A stretch of DNA of 64,000 nucleotides. Source: Phycisphaerae bacterium (GTDB taxonomy: Bacteria > Planctomycetota > Phycisphaerae > UBA1845). The translations under genes and the position numbers were made by a program. The stretch is taken from NCBI GenBank assembly GCA_963666835.2, contig CAXXGO010000001.1, positions 1,760,001 to 1,824,000 of the forward strand, in the 5' to 3' direction. Under the pieces are notes generated by a model, which was not told the origin of the DNA, did no database searches, and saw only the letters and a list, made by a program, of their open reading frames with translations. Below, piece after piece: positions 29,041 through 38,428 of this stretch (position 1 is the first letter of the stretch; each line of letters starts with the position of its first letter).

Positions 29041-30780
29041 ATGGCGAAGAGACGGTTTCTAGTAACGGCGGCACTTCCCTACTCCAACGGCCGGCTGCAC
29101 GTTGGGCATATTGCGGGCGCTTATCTGCCCGCGGATACGTATGCCCGGTACCTCAGGGCGGTCGGGGCGGAGGTTCGCTTCGTCTGCGGCAGCGATGACA
29201 ACGGCGTAGCAGCACTGAAAACGGCACGCGAGCAGGATCGCAGCGTCGAGGAGCTGACCGCCCATTACAATAAGTCCCAGCGGACGGACTTTGCCGGGTT
29301 GGGGGTTTGTTTCGACATCTTCGGCGGGACCCATCAGCCGGACTACGCCGTCGCCCACGAGCGGTTCAGCCAGGAGTTCTTTCTGAAGATCTTTGAGAAA
29401 GGACTTTTTACGAAGCGCAAGACCCACCAATTGTACGATGCCGAGGCCAAGCAGTTTCTGCCGGACCGGTTCGTGAAGGGTACGTGTCCGAGTTGCGGCA
29501 GCGATAACGCGTACGGCGATCAGTGCGAAGGTTGTGGTCGATCGGTGGATCAAGTTGAGCTGGTTAACCCGATCAGTGTGTTGACCGGATCGCCGCCGGA
29601 GCTGCGCGAGACGACCCACTGGTATCTGCGCTTGGATCAGCTTCAGCAGCGCCTGACGGGGTGGCTGGCGGAGAAGAAAGACGCGGAACGGTGCGGGGCG
29701 ACCTGGCGGCCGACGGTATTGAACCAATCGCTCGGTCGGATTGAGGCGGAAGGGCTGCCCGAGCGGGCGATGACCCGCGATTTGCAGTGGGGCGTGCCCG
29801 TGCCGCTGGACGACCCGGACGCCAAGGGGAAGTCGCTCTACGTTTGGTTCGACGCCCCGATCGGGTATGTCTCGTTTACCGCCGCTCTTTGCAAAGACCG
29901 CGGCGAGGAAGTCGAAGCGTATGAGCGCTGGTGGAAGGACCCGGACTGTAAGATCGTCCATTTCATCGGTGAGGACAACATTGTTTTCCACGCTATTACC
30001 TGGCCGGCGATGCTCTTAGCCACCCACGACAGTGACAACGTTCAAGGGGAAGCCGGCGAGTATCAACTGCCTCACAACGTCGTCTCGAATTCTTTCCTGA
30101 ACATCAAGTTTCCGGGCAAGGACGAAGAGAAGATCAGTAAGAGCCGGGGAACGGCGATTTGGATCGAGGATTACCTCAGGACTTTCGACCCCGATCCGCT
30201 CCGCTACTACCTGACGGCCGTGGCTCCCGAGACGGCCCGGACGACGTTCGACGTCGATGATTTCATTGCCCGCAATAACGGGGAGTTGGTCAACGCCTTC
30301 GGCAACTTCTTCAACCGGACGATGACGTTCGCCCACAAGTACTTTGAAGGGAAAGTGCCTTCACCCGGTCAGCGAGATGGGCAGGACTCGGACCATTTGC
30401 AGAAGTGCCGCGATACGATCGAGCGGGTCTCGGCCCAGTTGGAGCGTCAGCACTTCAAGGCTGCTCTCGCGGAGGTGATGGCTCTGGCGCGGGCCGGCAA
30501 CGGCTACTTCGATGCCACTAAGCCGTTTCTGTCGCGCAAGACCGATATGGACGCCTGTGGCCGGGCGATCAATGTCTGCCTGCAAACCGCGCGTACGCTG
30601 ACCACGCTGGTTGCTCCGTTCTTGCCCTTCACGGCTGAGAAGTGTGCAACGATGTTGCAGCTTGGCGAGGGTTGGCGCACTTGGTCTTCGGCCGGTGACG
30701 AGCTGCCCGGCGGGCATTCCCTGGGCCAGCCGGTAATCCTCGTGAAGAAACTGGATGCCAAGGAGCTGTTCGGCGAATGA
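29041..30780 (+). CDS. metG: Methionine--tRNA ligase
   Basis: LPYSNGRLHVGH, Zn knuckle CPSC..CEGC, YVWFDAPIGY, KISKS. Confidence 0.97.
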   Translation: MAKRRFLVTAALPYSNGRLHVGHIAGAYLPADTYARYLRAVGAEVRFVCGSDDNGVAALKTAREQDRSVEELTAHYNKSQRTDFAGLGVCFDIFGGTHQPDYAVAHERFSQEFFLKIFEKGLFTKRKTHQLYDAEAKQFLPDRFVKGTCPSCGSDNAYGDQCEGCGRSVDQVELVNPISVLTGSPPELRETTHWYLRLDQLQQRLTGWLAEKKDAERCGATWRPTVLNQSLGRIEAEGLPERAMTRDLQWGVPVPLDDPDAKGKSLYVWFDAPIGYVSFTAALCKDRGEEVEAYERWWKDPDCKIVHFIGEDNIVFHAITWPAMLLATHDSDNVQGEAGEYQLPHNVVSNSFLNIKFPGKDEEKISKSRGTAIWIEDYLRTFDPDPLRYYLTAVAPETARTTFDVDDFIARNNGELVNAFGNFFNRTMTFAHKYFEGKVPSPGQRDGQDSDHLQKCRDTIERVSAQLERQHFKAALAEVMALARAGNGYFDATKPFLSRKTDMDACGRAINVCLQTARTLTTLVAPFLPFTAEKCATMLQLGEGWRTWSSAGDELPGGHSLGQPVILVKKLDAKELFGE

Positions 30781-30843
30781 TCTTGCCGGCGGCGCGATGT
30801 TCGTTCAACCTTGTTCTTAAGCAGACGGCGGGAGGCCGTGGAA

Positions 30844-31296
30844 GTGTTCACCGTTAACAAGAACCCCAGTGTTGACGAGCTGCGGAAGTTCGGTTGGGCT
30901 ATGCTCATCGGGTTTGGAGTGATTGGGCTGGTGTTCTGGGCGGCTCCGTGGTGGGAGGCACGCGATGCCGCCGCGCTGGTGTGGTCGGGGAGCGGGCTCC
31001 AGGCGACTGCCATTGTCCTGGTCGGCCTCGGGGTGGTGCTTTGCGTACTCGGCGTTGCCGCTCCCGCGGTGGCTAAGCCGGTCTATGTTGTTTGGATGTC
31101 TATGGCCGCTGGGGTGGGGATCGTTATGTCGCCGGTCCTGTTGACCGTGCTGTATGTGGTCCTGCTGCCGGTTTTCTCGATCGTAGTACGTTTCGGCGAT
31201 CCGTTGCGCAAGAAGATCTCTCCTCACCGCGAAACCTATTGGGAAGACTACAAGCCGCACGAGGCTACTTTGGATCGCGTGGGCCGGCCTTTCTGA
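30844..31296 (+). CDS. SxtJ-like membrane protein
   Basis: ELRKFG, P...KPVYVVWM, DPL...TYW...RPF; adjacent to the carbamoyltransferase; GTG behind GGAGG. Confidence 0.75.
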   Translation: MFTVNKNPSVDELRKFGWAMLIGFGVIGLVFWAAPWWEARDAAALVWSGSGLQATAIVLVGLGVVLCVLGVAAPAVAKPVYVVWMSMAAGVGIVMSPVLLTVLYVVLLPVFSIVVRFGDPLRKKISPHRETYWEDYKPHEATLDRVGRPF

Positions 31297-31343
31297 CGGT
31301 CGAAGGCTCGGGTCCGGCCTGTGCCGGGAGTAGAGATGCACCT

Positions 31344-33128
31344 GTGAACGTACTCGGAATCTCCTGCTATTATCATGACTCCGGCGTGGCTCTGGTCTGT
31401 GATGGGCAGTTGGTCGCGGCCGCGGAAGAGGAACGGTTCAACCGCAAGAAGCACGACAACGGTTTTCCGGAGCTGGCCATCGAGTATTGCCTTCGTCAAG
31501 CGGGCATTACGATCGACCAGGTCGACCACATCGGCTTCTACGAGAAGCCGCTGGTCAAGTTCAATCGCATCCTCGAGACCGTTCTGGCCGAGTGGCCGTG
31601 GACGCTGAAACCCTGGCTCAAAGCGCTACCGCTCTGGCTCACGCAACGCCTGCACATTGGGAGCGAAATCCAGCGCAAGCTCGGCGTGGATAAGGACATT
31701 CTGTATTGCCAGCATCATCTGGCTCATGCGGCCAGTGCCTTTCTCGTGTCGCCGTTTGAGGAGGCGGCGATTCTCACGGCCGACGGGGTCGGTGAATGGA
31801 CGACTACCAGTTGGGGCATCGGGCGCGGTAACCAGATCGAGATGGTCAAGGAAATCCGTTTTCCGCACTCGGTCGGTCTGCTGTTCAGCGCGATCACTTC
31901 GTATCTTGGCTTCCGGGTCAACGACGCCGAGTGGAAGGTCATGGGCTTAGCCCCGTATGGGAAGCCGACGTACGTTGACAAGTTCCGGGAGCTGGTCGAC
32001 ATCAAGGATGACGGCAGCATTCGCCTGAACCTGCGCTACTTCTCTCACACCCGGTCTACGACCCGGACCATTAATGACCGCTGGACCGACCTGTTCGGAC
32101 AGCCACAGCGCCGGCCGGAGGCCGAGCTTACCGATTTCCATCGCGACATCGCTCATTCAGGGCAGAAGATCGTCGAGGAGATCATGGTGAAGACCGCTGC
32201 GCACGTTCACCGGGAGACCGGCATGGACAATCTGTGCCTGGCCGGCGGGGTGGGGCTCAACTGCGTCGCGAACTGGCGCATTCTGCAGGAATCCGGTTTC
32301 AAGGACATCTTCATCCAGCCGGCCGCCGGTGACTCCGGTGGGGCGGTGGGTACGGCGTTCTACATATACAACTCCGTGCTGAAAAACCCGCGTGTCTTCC
32401 GCATGGAGCATGCTTTCTGGGGGCCGTCGTTTGACGATGCGGAAATTCGGAGCACCCTGGAGGCGGAAGGAGCGGCGTACGAGGTTGTCGAAGATGAAGA
32501 CGCTTTGCTGCGGCGGGCGGCCCGGATGATTGCCGAAGGTAAGGTGATCGGTTGGTTTTCGGGGCGGTTGGAATTCGGGCCGCGCGCCTTGGGAGCCCGG
32601 TCGCTTCTGGCCGATCCGCGCAGTCTGCAGATGAAAGACGTGATCAATGCGAAGGTGAAGTTCCGGGAAGCGTTTCGCCCGTTTGCCCCCGCGGTGCTCA
32701 AGGAGCACGCTCACGAGTACTTCGAGATGCCGCCCGGGATGGACGCGCCGTATATGTTGCTGGTTCCGAAGGTGCGCGAGGACAAGCGGGCGGTGATCCC
32801 GGCCGTGACTCACGAGGACGGCACGGGCCGAGTGCAGACGGTTACCGAAGCGCAGCATGGACGTTATTATCGCCTGATTAAGGCCTTTGGAGAGATCACC
32901 GGGGTTCCGGTGGTTATCAACACGTCGTTTAACGTGCGCGGGGAGCCGATTGTGTGTACGCCGAAGGACGCTTACCATACGTTCCTCAATACCGGGATCG
33001 ACGCTCTGGTGATTGGCAATTGTGTAGTCACCGATAAGCCGGGCGAGGTTGATTTCGAGGCGGGCATGAGGCGGAGCGTGGAGTTGGAGGCGGCGCCGGT
33101 TGCGGCGCCCCGGGAAGGTGCCCGCTAG
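31344..33128 (+). CDS. Carbamoyltransferase (NodU/CmcH family)
   Basis: GISCYYHDS, EEERFNRKKHD, HHLAHAASAF, DGVGE, AGGVGLNCVAN, EFGPRALGARS, INTSFNVRGEP. Confidence 0.95.
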   Translation: MNVLGISCYYHDSGVALVCDGQLVAAAEEERFNRKKHDNGFPELAIEYCLRQAGITIDQVDHIGFYEKPLVKFNRILETVLAEWPWTLKPWLKALPLWLTQRLHIGSEIQRKLGVDKDILYCQHHLAHAASAFLVSPFEEAAILTADGVGEWTTTSWGIGRGNQIEMVKEIRFPHSVGLLFSAITSYLGFRVNDAEWKVMGLAPYGKPTYVDKFRELVDIKDDGSIRLNLRYFSHTRSTTRTINDRWTDLFGQPQRRPEAELTDFHRDIAHSGQKIVEEIMVKTAAHVHRETGMDNLCLAGGVGLNCVANWRILQESGFKDIFIQPAAGDSGGAVGTAFYIYNSVLKNPRVFRMEHAFWGPSFDDAEIRSTLEAEGAAYEVVEDEDALLRRAARMIAEGKVIGWFSGRLEFGPRALGARSLLADPRSLQMKDVINAKVKFREAFRPFAPAVLKEHAHEYFEMPPGMDAPYMLLVPKVREDKRAVIPAVTHEDGTGRVQTVTEAQHGRYYRLIKAFGEITGVPVVINTSFNVRGEPIVCTPKDAYHTFLNTGIDALVIGNCVVTDKPGEVDFEAGMRRSVELEAAPVAAPREGAR

Positions 33129-33185
33129 AGAAGCTGCTATGTCGAAAGAGACACCCGTGCGGCACGAGTGCGGAGAGGGCTAGTC

Positions 33186-33344
33186 ATGGCCAAGCAGTCT
33201 TTGTTGAGAGAGTTCTTCCTCTTCATCAAACATGAGAAGAAGTGGTGGCTGGTGCCGCTGATTCTCGTGATTCTGCTCGTGGGGGCGGTGATTCTCTTCG
33301 CCGGTAGCTCGCCGTTGGCTCCGTTCCTGTACCCGTTGTTCTGA
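33186..33344 (+). CDS. DUF5989 / SxtK-like small membrane protein (52 aa)
   Basis: Not in ORF track; MAKQSLLREFFLFIKHEKKWWLVPLILVILLVGAVILFAGSSPLAPFLYPLF has the KKWWL.P...APF.Y.LF signature. Confidence 0.85.
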   Translation: MAKQSLLREFFLFIKHEKKWWLVPLILVILLVGAVILFAGSSPLAPFLYPLF

Positions 33345-33391
33345 CCGCAGATGCCGTGTCGATGGGGTGCTTTGCCGGCCGACTCTTGCGG

Positions 33392-33799
33392 TTAAGGCCC
33401 GACATGGACGAGGCAATGCCGCGCGGAACCACGGCGGCGATGCTCCCAGAGATAGACTCCCTGCCACGTTCCCAAACCGAGCCGGCCACCGATGACGGGG
33501 ATCGACAGCGTGGTGGCCGTCAACGCCGCTTTGATGTGCGAGGGCATGTCATCCGGACCTTCTGCGGTGTGCGTGTAGATTGCGTCGCGCTGCGGCACCA
33601 AACGGTCGAGCCAGTTCTCGAGATCGTGCCTGGCGGAGGGATCGGCGTTTTCCTGGATGGTGAGGCTGGCCGATGTGTGCTGCACCATCACTGTGCACAG
33701 CCCGTCGTCGATCTTGGATTCGCCGACTACGGTCTGCAGCTCCGCGGTGATGTCGACCAGCCCCTTCTTCGTGGTCTGGATCGTGATCCTCTTGGTCAT
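33392..33799 (-). CDS. yjbQ: YjbQ / UPF0047 family protein
   Basis: HTSASLTIQENADP, HTAEGPDDMPSHIKA, LGTWQGVYLWEHR. Confidence 0.92.
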   Translation of the reverse strand: MTKRITIQTTKKGLVDITAELQTVVGESKIDDGLCTVMVQHTSASLTIQENADPSARHDLENWLDRLVPQRDAIYTHTAEGPDDMPSHIKAALTATTLSIPVIGGRLGLGTWQGVYLWEHRRRGSARHCLVHVGP

Positions 33800-34199
33800 T
33801 GACCGTTCCGTTATCTCGATGTCGGTTGGGCGGCACGATACGGGATGAAAGACGTATCCCCCGATGAAACACGCCGGAACGGGTCGACCACGGAGGTTGG
33901 CGCTCCGGTGAACCGGATTAGTGTCGCTCTAAGGCGAATGCCCTGACGCCCCGGGATCAAAAACCTCTAACCCGGTACTTGGGCCCGGTCTGGCCCGTTC
34001 CGGCGGGGCTATTATCCCACGAATCGGCGGCGTGTCCATGCCGCGTTGCGGGCAGTTGATGGTGGATTCCGCACGTTTCATGCGGGATCTTGACCTGGGT
34101 TGTCCGGCGAGTTATCCTATCAGGCTACGTGGGGGTGTTTTGAGAGAGGGCGCCCGCCGCTCGGGTTTCGGGGGAAATCAACTTCTGGAGGGGCAATCC

Positions 34200-35621
34200 A
34201 TGTTCAGGCGATCAGTGAGTGGGGCGGTACGTTCGTTGCCGAGTCTGGCTGTCGTTATAATGGCACTGGTCGGGGGCAGTGGCGAGGTTCGCGGGCAGAT
34301 CATCATCGATCACAACTGTACGGATCTTGACCGGGTTCCGGAGTATTGGATCAATCGGGCGAAGGACGAGTTCCGGATGTCCTATGGGCACACCTCGCAC
34401 GGCAGTCAGATCGTTACCGGAATGAACGGAATCAAGGGCGAGGCCGGTTCTCTCTACTGGTGGGACCGCAACGGAACCGACGGAGGGTTGTCACTGTACG
34501 ATTACACGCCGTCGGGCGATCTGGGGAACCCGAATCGCACGACCTGGGAAGCCCGCACGCGGGCTATGTTGGACGCGTCCGGCAACGATCGTAACGTGGT
34601 GATGTGGTCGTGGTGCGGGCAGGCCGATACCAGTGCGGCCAACATGCAGATTTACCTGGATCTGATGAGCGGCCTGGAAGAGAGCTACTCCGACGTTACG
34701 TTCATCTACATGACCGGGCATCTTGCGGGTACCGGCGATGACGGGAATCTACATCAGCGTAACAACCAGATTCGCGATCACTGCACGGCGGCGAACGCGG
34801 TTTTGTTTGATTTTGCGGACATCGAGAGCTACGACCCGGACGGGAACTACTTCCGCGATCTGGATGCCGAGGACGACTGCGACTACTACATCGATTCGGT
34901 CAAGCACAATTGGGCGGACGAGTGGTGCGCGGCGCACCCGGGGCACGAGTTGTGCGCTTCGTGCAGTTGCGCGCACTCCAGGCCGCTCAACTGCAATCTC
35001 AAAGGCCGGGCGTTCTGGTGGATGATGGCGCGGCTAGCCGGGTGGGACGGCAAAAACCTCGCCGACATTGACGAAGACGGCGACGTCGATCTTGACGACT
35101 ACGGGACGTCGGCGGGATGCATGGCCGGGCCGGGAGCTCCCTATGACGCTGGATGCTCTGCGGCGGATCTCAACGATGACGGCGACGTCGATCTGGCGGA
35201 TTTTGCGATTCTGCAGAATGGCGTCACTTGTCTGATCGAATCATCGAGGCCTCGGGTTGAAGGGTACTCCAACGGTGGATGTGAACGGGCGATTGCCGAC
35301 ACGTCACGCGGTGACTACCCGGACTGCGGCGATGATGAAGTCGTCTTCACGCCTCGGATCGGCTCGCTGGACGTGCAACACGCCAACGCAACGTACAACT
35401 GCTGCCCCGACGACATCGCCGTCGGGTTCATTGCGGACGGCTCGAAGCTGCAGTTCACGGAACGCGAGATCCTGACCACACCATGCGACTGTCTTTGCTG
35501 TTACCGGGTTGGCACCTCCATCGCCAACCTGCCCGGTGGGCTCTATTCGGTCGAGTATTGTTGGGATGACTACGAAACCACGTCACCAGTCTGTCACAGT
35601 GAAGATGTGACGATTCCATAG
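34200..35621 (+). CDS. Secreted protein: possible SGNH-like domain, dockerin-like pair and Cys-rich C-terminal domain
   Basis: Signal peptide; YGHTSHGSQ, MWSWCGQ, YMTGH, LFDFADIES; DIDEDGDVDLDDY / DLNDDGDVDLADF; YNCC..CDCLC. Confidence 0.7.
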   Translation: MFRRSVSGAVRSLPSLAVVIMALVGGSGEVRGQIIIDHNCTDLDRVPEYWINRAKDEFRMSYGHTSHGSQIVTGMNGIKGEAGSLYWWDRNGTDGGLSLYDYTPSGDLGNPNRTTWEARTRAMLDASGNDRNVVMWSWCGQADTSAANMQIYLDLMSGLEESYSDVTFIYMTGHLAGTGDDGNLHQRNNQIRDHCTAANAVLFDFADIESYDPDGNYFRDLDAEDDCDYYIDSVKHNWADEWCAAHPGHELCASCSCAHSRPLNCNLKGRAFWWMMARLAGWDGKNLADIDEDGDVDLDDYGTSAGCMAGPGAPYDAGCSAADLNDDGDVDLADFAILQNGVTCLIESSRPRVEGYSNGGCERAIADTSRGDYPDCGDDEVVFTPRIGSLDVQHANATYNCCPDDIAVGFIADGSKLQFTEREILTTPCDCLCCYRVGTSIANLPGGLYSVEYCWDDYETTSPVCHSEDVTIP

Positions 35622-35723
35622 GATTCGGCGCCGCCTTCCAACAAGGCGCCGGCGTGTGTCCTGTGAAAGGTGCTGGATGGGGGATACGAACCGCTGCTGG
35701 AGGTTGTATTACGCGAAGACCAC

Positions 35724-35753
35724 GGCAGGTCTCGTGCCTCGACCGTGCCCTAC
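35724..35753 (-). repeat. Single GTAG-REP copy
   Basis: GGCAGGTCTCGTGCCTCGACCGTGCCCTAC. Confidence 0.85.
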
Positions 35754-36119
35754 GCGCGAGTGCGCTTGACGCCGATTGGCGCCCGGTTATGCTCTCCGCG
35801 GGTTTCAGCAGCAAGGGGTGCTGCTTGCCCGGGAATGACACCGCTCGGCGCAGTCAGGGCGCGTTGAGACTCCGAGCGAAGGCACACGCCAAGCTGAAGG
35901 TTTCTTGGATGGGACCGGCTTCTGCAAGTTCGGCGGTTGGGCCGGACACGTTCTTCGGAACGCGGCGCCACGCCTTTGCTTCCGCGAGGCAGCCTCAGGT
36001 CTCGCGAAGGTCGGCAAGCACAGCGCTAAGCGGTAGTTGCCGGGCAGCGCTGGATCGCATACCAAGTAGAAACGCAATCGAAGTCAAGTTTCAGGCGACA
36101 TCGATAGGGAGCACGGGGA

Positions 36120-37073
36120 ATGTCCACGCCCAAAACACCACCTGAAGCGGTGGAGGAGAGCACGGTAGTCCCGCAGTTGAGCAAGCGCGGTCTAAGAGTC
36201 GTAGTCCCACGGCGAGTGGTCATTTGGGGCGCAATCGTGCTTGCATTGACCGTCCTGCTGGTTTTGCAGGCGTTGTTCCCCGAGGTCCGCTTCCTCCCGA
36301 AAATCGACGGTACGTTGAGCGATGGGGCGGTGTTGGCAGTGTTCTTCGCCGCGCTAATGTGCGAGTACATCGATTCAAGCCTCGGCATGGGCTACGGGAC
36401 TACGCTAACGCCATTATTGCTGTTATGTGGGTTCGAGCCGCTGGTGATCGTTCCGGCGGTACTGTTAAGCGAGTTCTGCACGGGGCTTGCGGCCGCGCTG
36501 CTGCACCATCGTGACGGAAACGTCGATTTCCTGAAAGACGTTCGAGCCCGCAAGACCGCGGTTTTGCTGTCCGTTCTGAGTGTTGTCGGAGCGGTTAGCG
36601 CGGCAACGATCGCGTTGAGCGTTCCGAAGCTGTGGTTGAAGTCGATTATCGCCATCATCATTCTGTCGGTCGGCTTCGTTATCCTGATGACGATTCGCCG
36701 GCAGTTGAGGTTTCGTTCGAGGCACATTGTCGCACTGGGTGCGGTTGCAGCGTTCAATAAGGGCCTCAGCGGCGGAGGCTATGGGCCCCTGGTCACCGGC
36801 GGGCAGGTGGTTTCCGGAATGTCGGCGAAACACGCCGTCGCAGTTACTTCGCTGGCGGAGAGCCTGACGTGTCTCGCCGGGCTGGTAGCGTACTTGCTCA
36901 TGAACGGTTCGATAGCGTGGGGGATGGCCCTGCCACTCACGCTCGGAGCGATGATGTCGGTACCGATGGCCACGCTCACCATCCGCCGCTTACCCGAGAA
37001 CGCCGTGCGGGCCGGTATCGGCTTCGCTACGTGTGCGCTGGGTGTATTGATGATTATTAAGCTGATCTGGTAA
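36120..37073 (+). CDS. Sulfite exporter TauE/SafE family protein
   Basis: IDSSLGMGYGT, NKGLSGGGYGP, multiple TM helices. Confidence 0.88.
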   Translation: MSTPKTPPEAVEESTVVPQLSKRGLRVVVPRRVVIWGAIVLALTVLLVLQALFPEVRFLPKIDGTLSDGAVLAVFFAALMCEYIDSSLGMGYGTTLTPLLLLCGFEPLVIVPAVLLSEFCTGLAAALLHHRDGNVDFLKDVRARKTAVLLSVLSVVGAVSAATIALSVPKLWLKSIIAIIILSVGFVILMTIRRQLRFRSRHIVALGAVAAFNKGLSGGGYGPLVTGGQVVSGMSAKHAVAVTSLAESLTCLAGLVAYLLMNGSIAWGMALPLTLGAMMSVPMATLTIRRLPENAVRAGIGFATCALGVLMIIKLIW

Positions 37074-37420
37074 CCGCGTGGGAACGAGGGCACATTTCTG
37101 CGGCGGAGGGCGTCGAACGAGCGCCGAGAGGCCGACGCAACGGCTGTTTCGCGGAACTTGAACGTGGGGATTGCGCCAATGTCGGAATCCCGCGATTGCG
37201 AGGTGCGGCTATCGTAGTCGCCGTTGCTTGCACGAAGGCCTATTCGAAGCGGAAGCTGCCGAGGTAGGCGCGGGATGTTGCCGCGCAGAGAGTCGAGCAG
37301 CGCGCTGAACAGGTCGATAAGAAGCGGGATGCCGTGGCGATTGGTTGCAGTCGGATCTGCCTTCCATCCACCCCGCGCTGGATCGGGTACAACCTGTCTA
37401 ATCCGTTCGGGAGAAAAACA

Positions 37421-37843
37421 ATGCGAGCTGTGAGCTTGATTCTGGTGATTATCGTGAGTGCGTTGGCGGCGGGCTGCCCGTCCGTCCCGGCCGCTCAGGC
37501 GGCGCTCGAAGGAACCTGGGCTATCACCCTGTCCGAGCCCGGTGACTGGACGGGCTGGGATCTGGAGGCCACCTTCAACAGCGCAGGGCGTCTGACGGAA
37601 CTCTCCGGCGTCGACGCAACGGGGATTACGATCACCCAACAGATCAGTAACTCTACGACCACCCTCGACGGAGACGGTCTTACTGTGGAAATCCCCCAAC
37701 TGGGCGTAACGACGGTATTCGCCGGCACAATCAGCGAAGACGGCAACACAGTCACCGGAGCGCTGGCCGATGAGATCGCCTTCGGGAGTTTCGGCGCCAG
37801 CCTTCCCCGCGGCGACCTGACCTTAGAGCGGATTACGGAGTAG
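37421..37843 (+). CDS. Hypothetical beta-rich lipoprotein
   Basis: GGGAG RBS, LAAGC lipobox, LEGTW motif. Confidence 0.75.
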   Translation: MRAVSLILVIIVSALAAGCPSVPAAQAALEGTWAITLSEPGDWTGWDLEATFNSAGRLTELSGVDATGITITQQISNSTTTLDGDGLTVEIPQLGVTTVFAGTISEDGNTVTGALADEIAFGSFGASLPRGDLTLERITE

Positions 37844-37897
37844 CAACCCCACCGAACCGGGCGGGTTCTCTATTCTGAATGGGAGCGAGGCGTACGC

Positions 37898-38170
37898 TCA
37901 CGAGTCCTTCCTGGACTTGCCGGATTGGCGCAACCGTCTCTCAAGCTCGGCGCGCCGTTCCCGCCGGAACGCGGGATCGATCGGCAGCGGCTCGCCGCTT
38001 TCGAGGCCTTCCAGAAGCGCCGCCTCAAGCCGGCGCTGAGCGGCCTATTTCTGGGCATTGCGGAGTAGCTCGCGCATGTACTCGCTGGCAGAGCTGTAGC
38101 CACCCTGGGTAATCTGCTCGTCCACGAAGGCCTTCAGCGCATCGGGTAGCGAAATGTCCATCGTAGTCAT
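37898..38170 (-). pseudogene. parD: ParD-like (CC2985-type) antitoxin interrupted by an in-frame TAG
   Basis: MTTMDISLPDALKAFVDEQITQGGYSSASEYMRELLRNAQK-TAG(38047-38045)-AAQRRLEAALLEGLESGEP...KDS-TGA; family-like sequence continues past the stop. Confidence 0.8.
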
Positions 38171-38428
38171 GGTTACTCCCACCTCCTGGCCGGAAGTGCA
38201 GCACTTTTGGCAAGGTCTGTCAAACATTGCCGTCATCCGCCCGAACAACCGATAACTGCTTGGTCCTCGACATCCACCGGCAGCGCCCGCCGGATTGGCC
38301 TATCTGACATGATGTCCTTTTCGCAGGATCATCAAACCGGTGGCGGAGGCTCACGTTGCACGGGTCGGCGATGATGATCGTGTCCGCTTGGTCGCCACAT
38401 GGTGGTGACCAGTGACGCCGACCGGCCG

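Noticed and set aside
30844..33344. Saxitoxin biosynthesis cluster
   Set aside because: Only the generic I/J/K-like trio is present; no sxtA or sxtG-like genes
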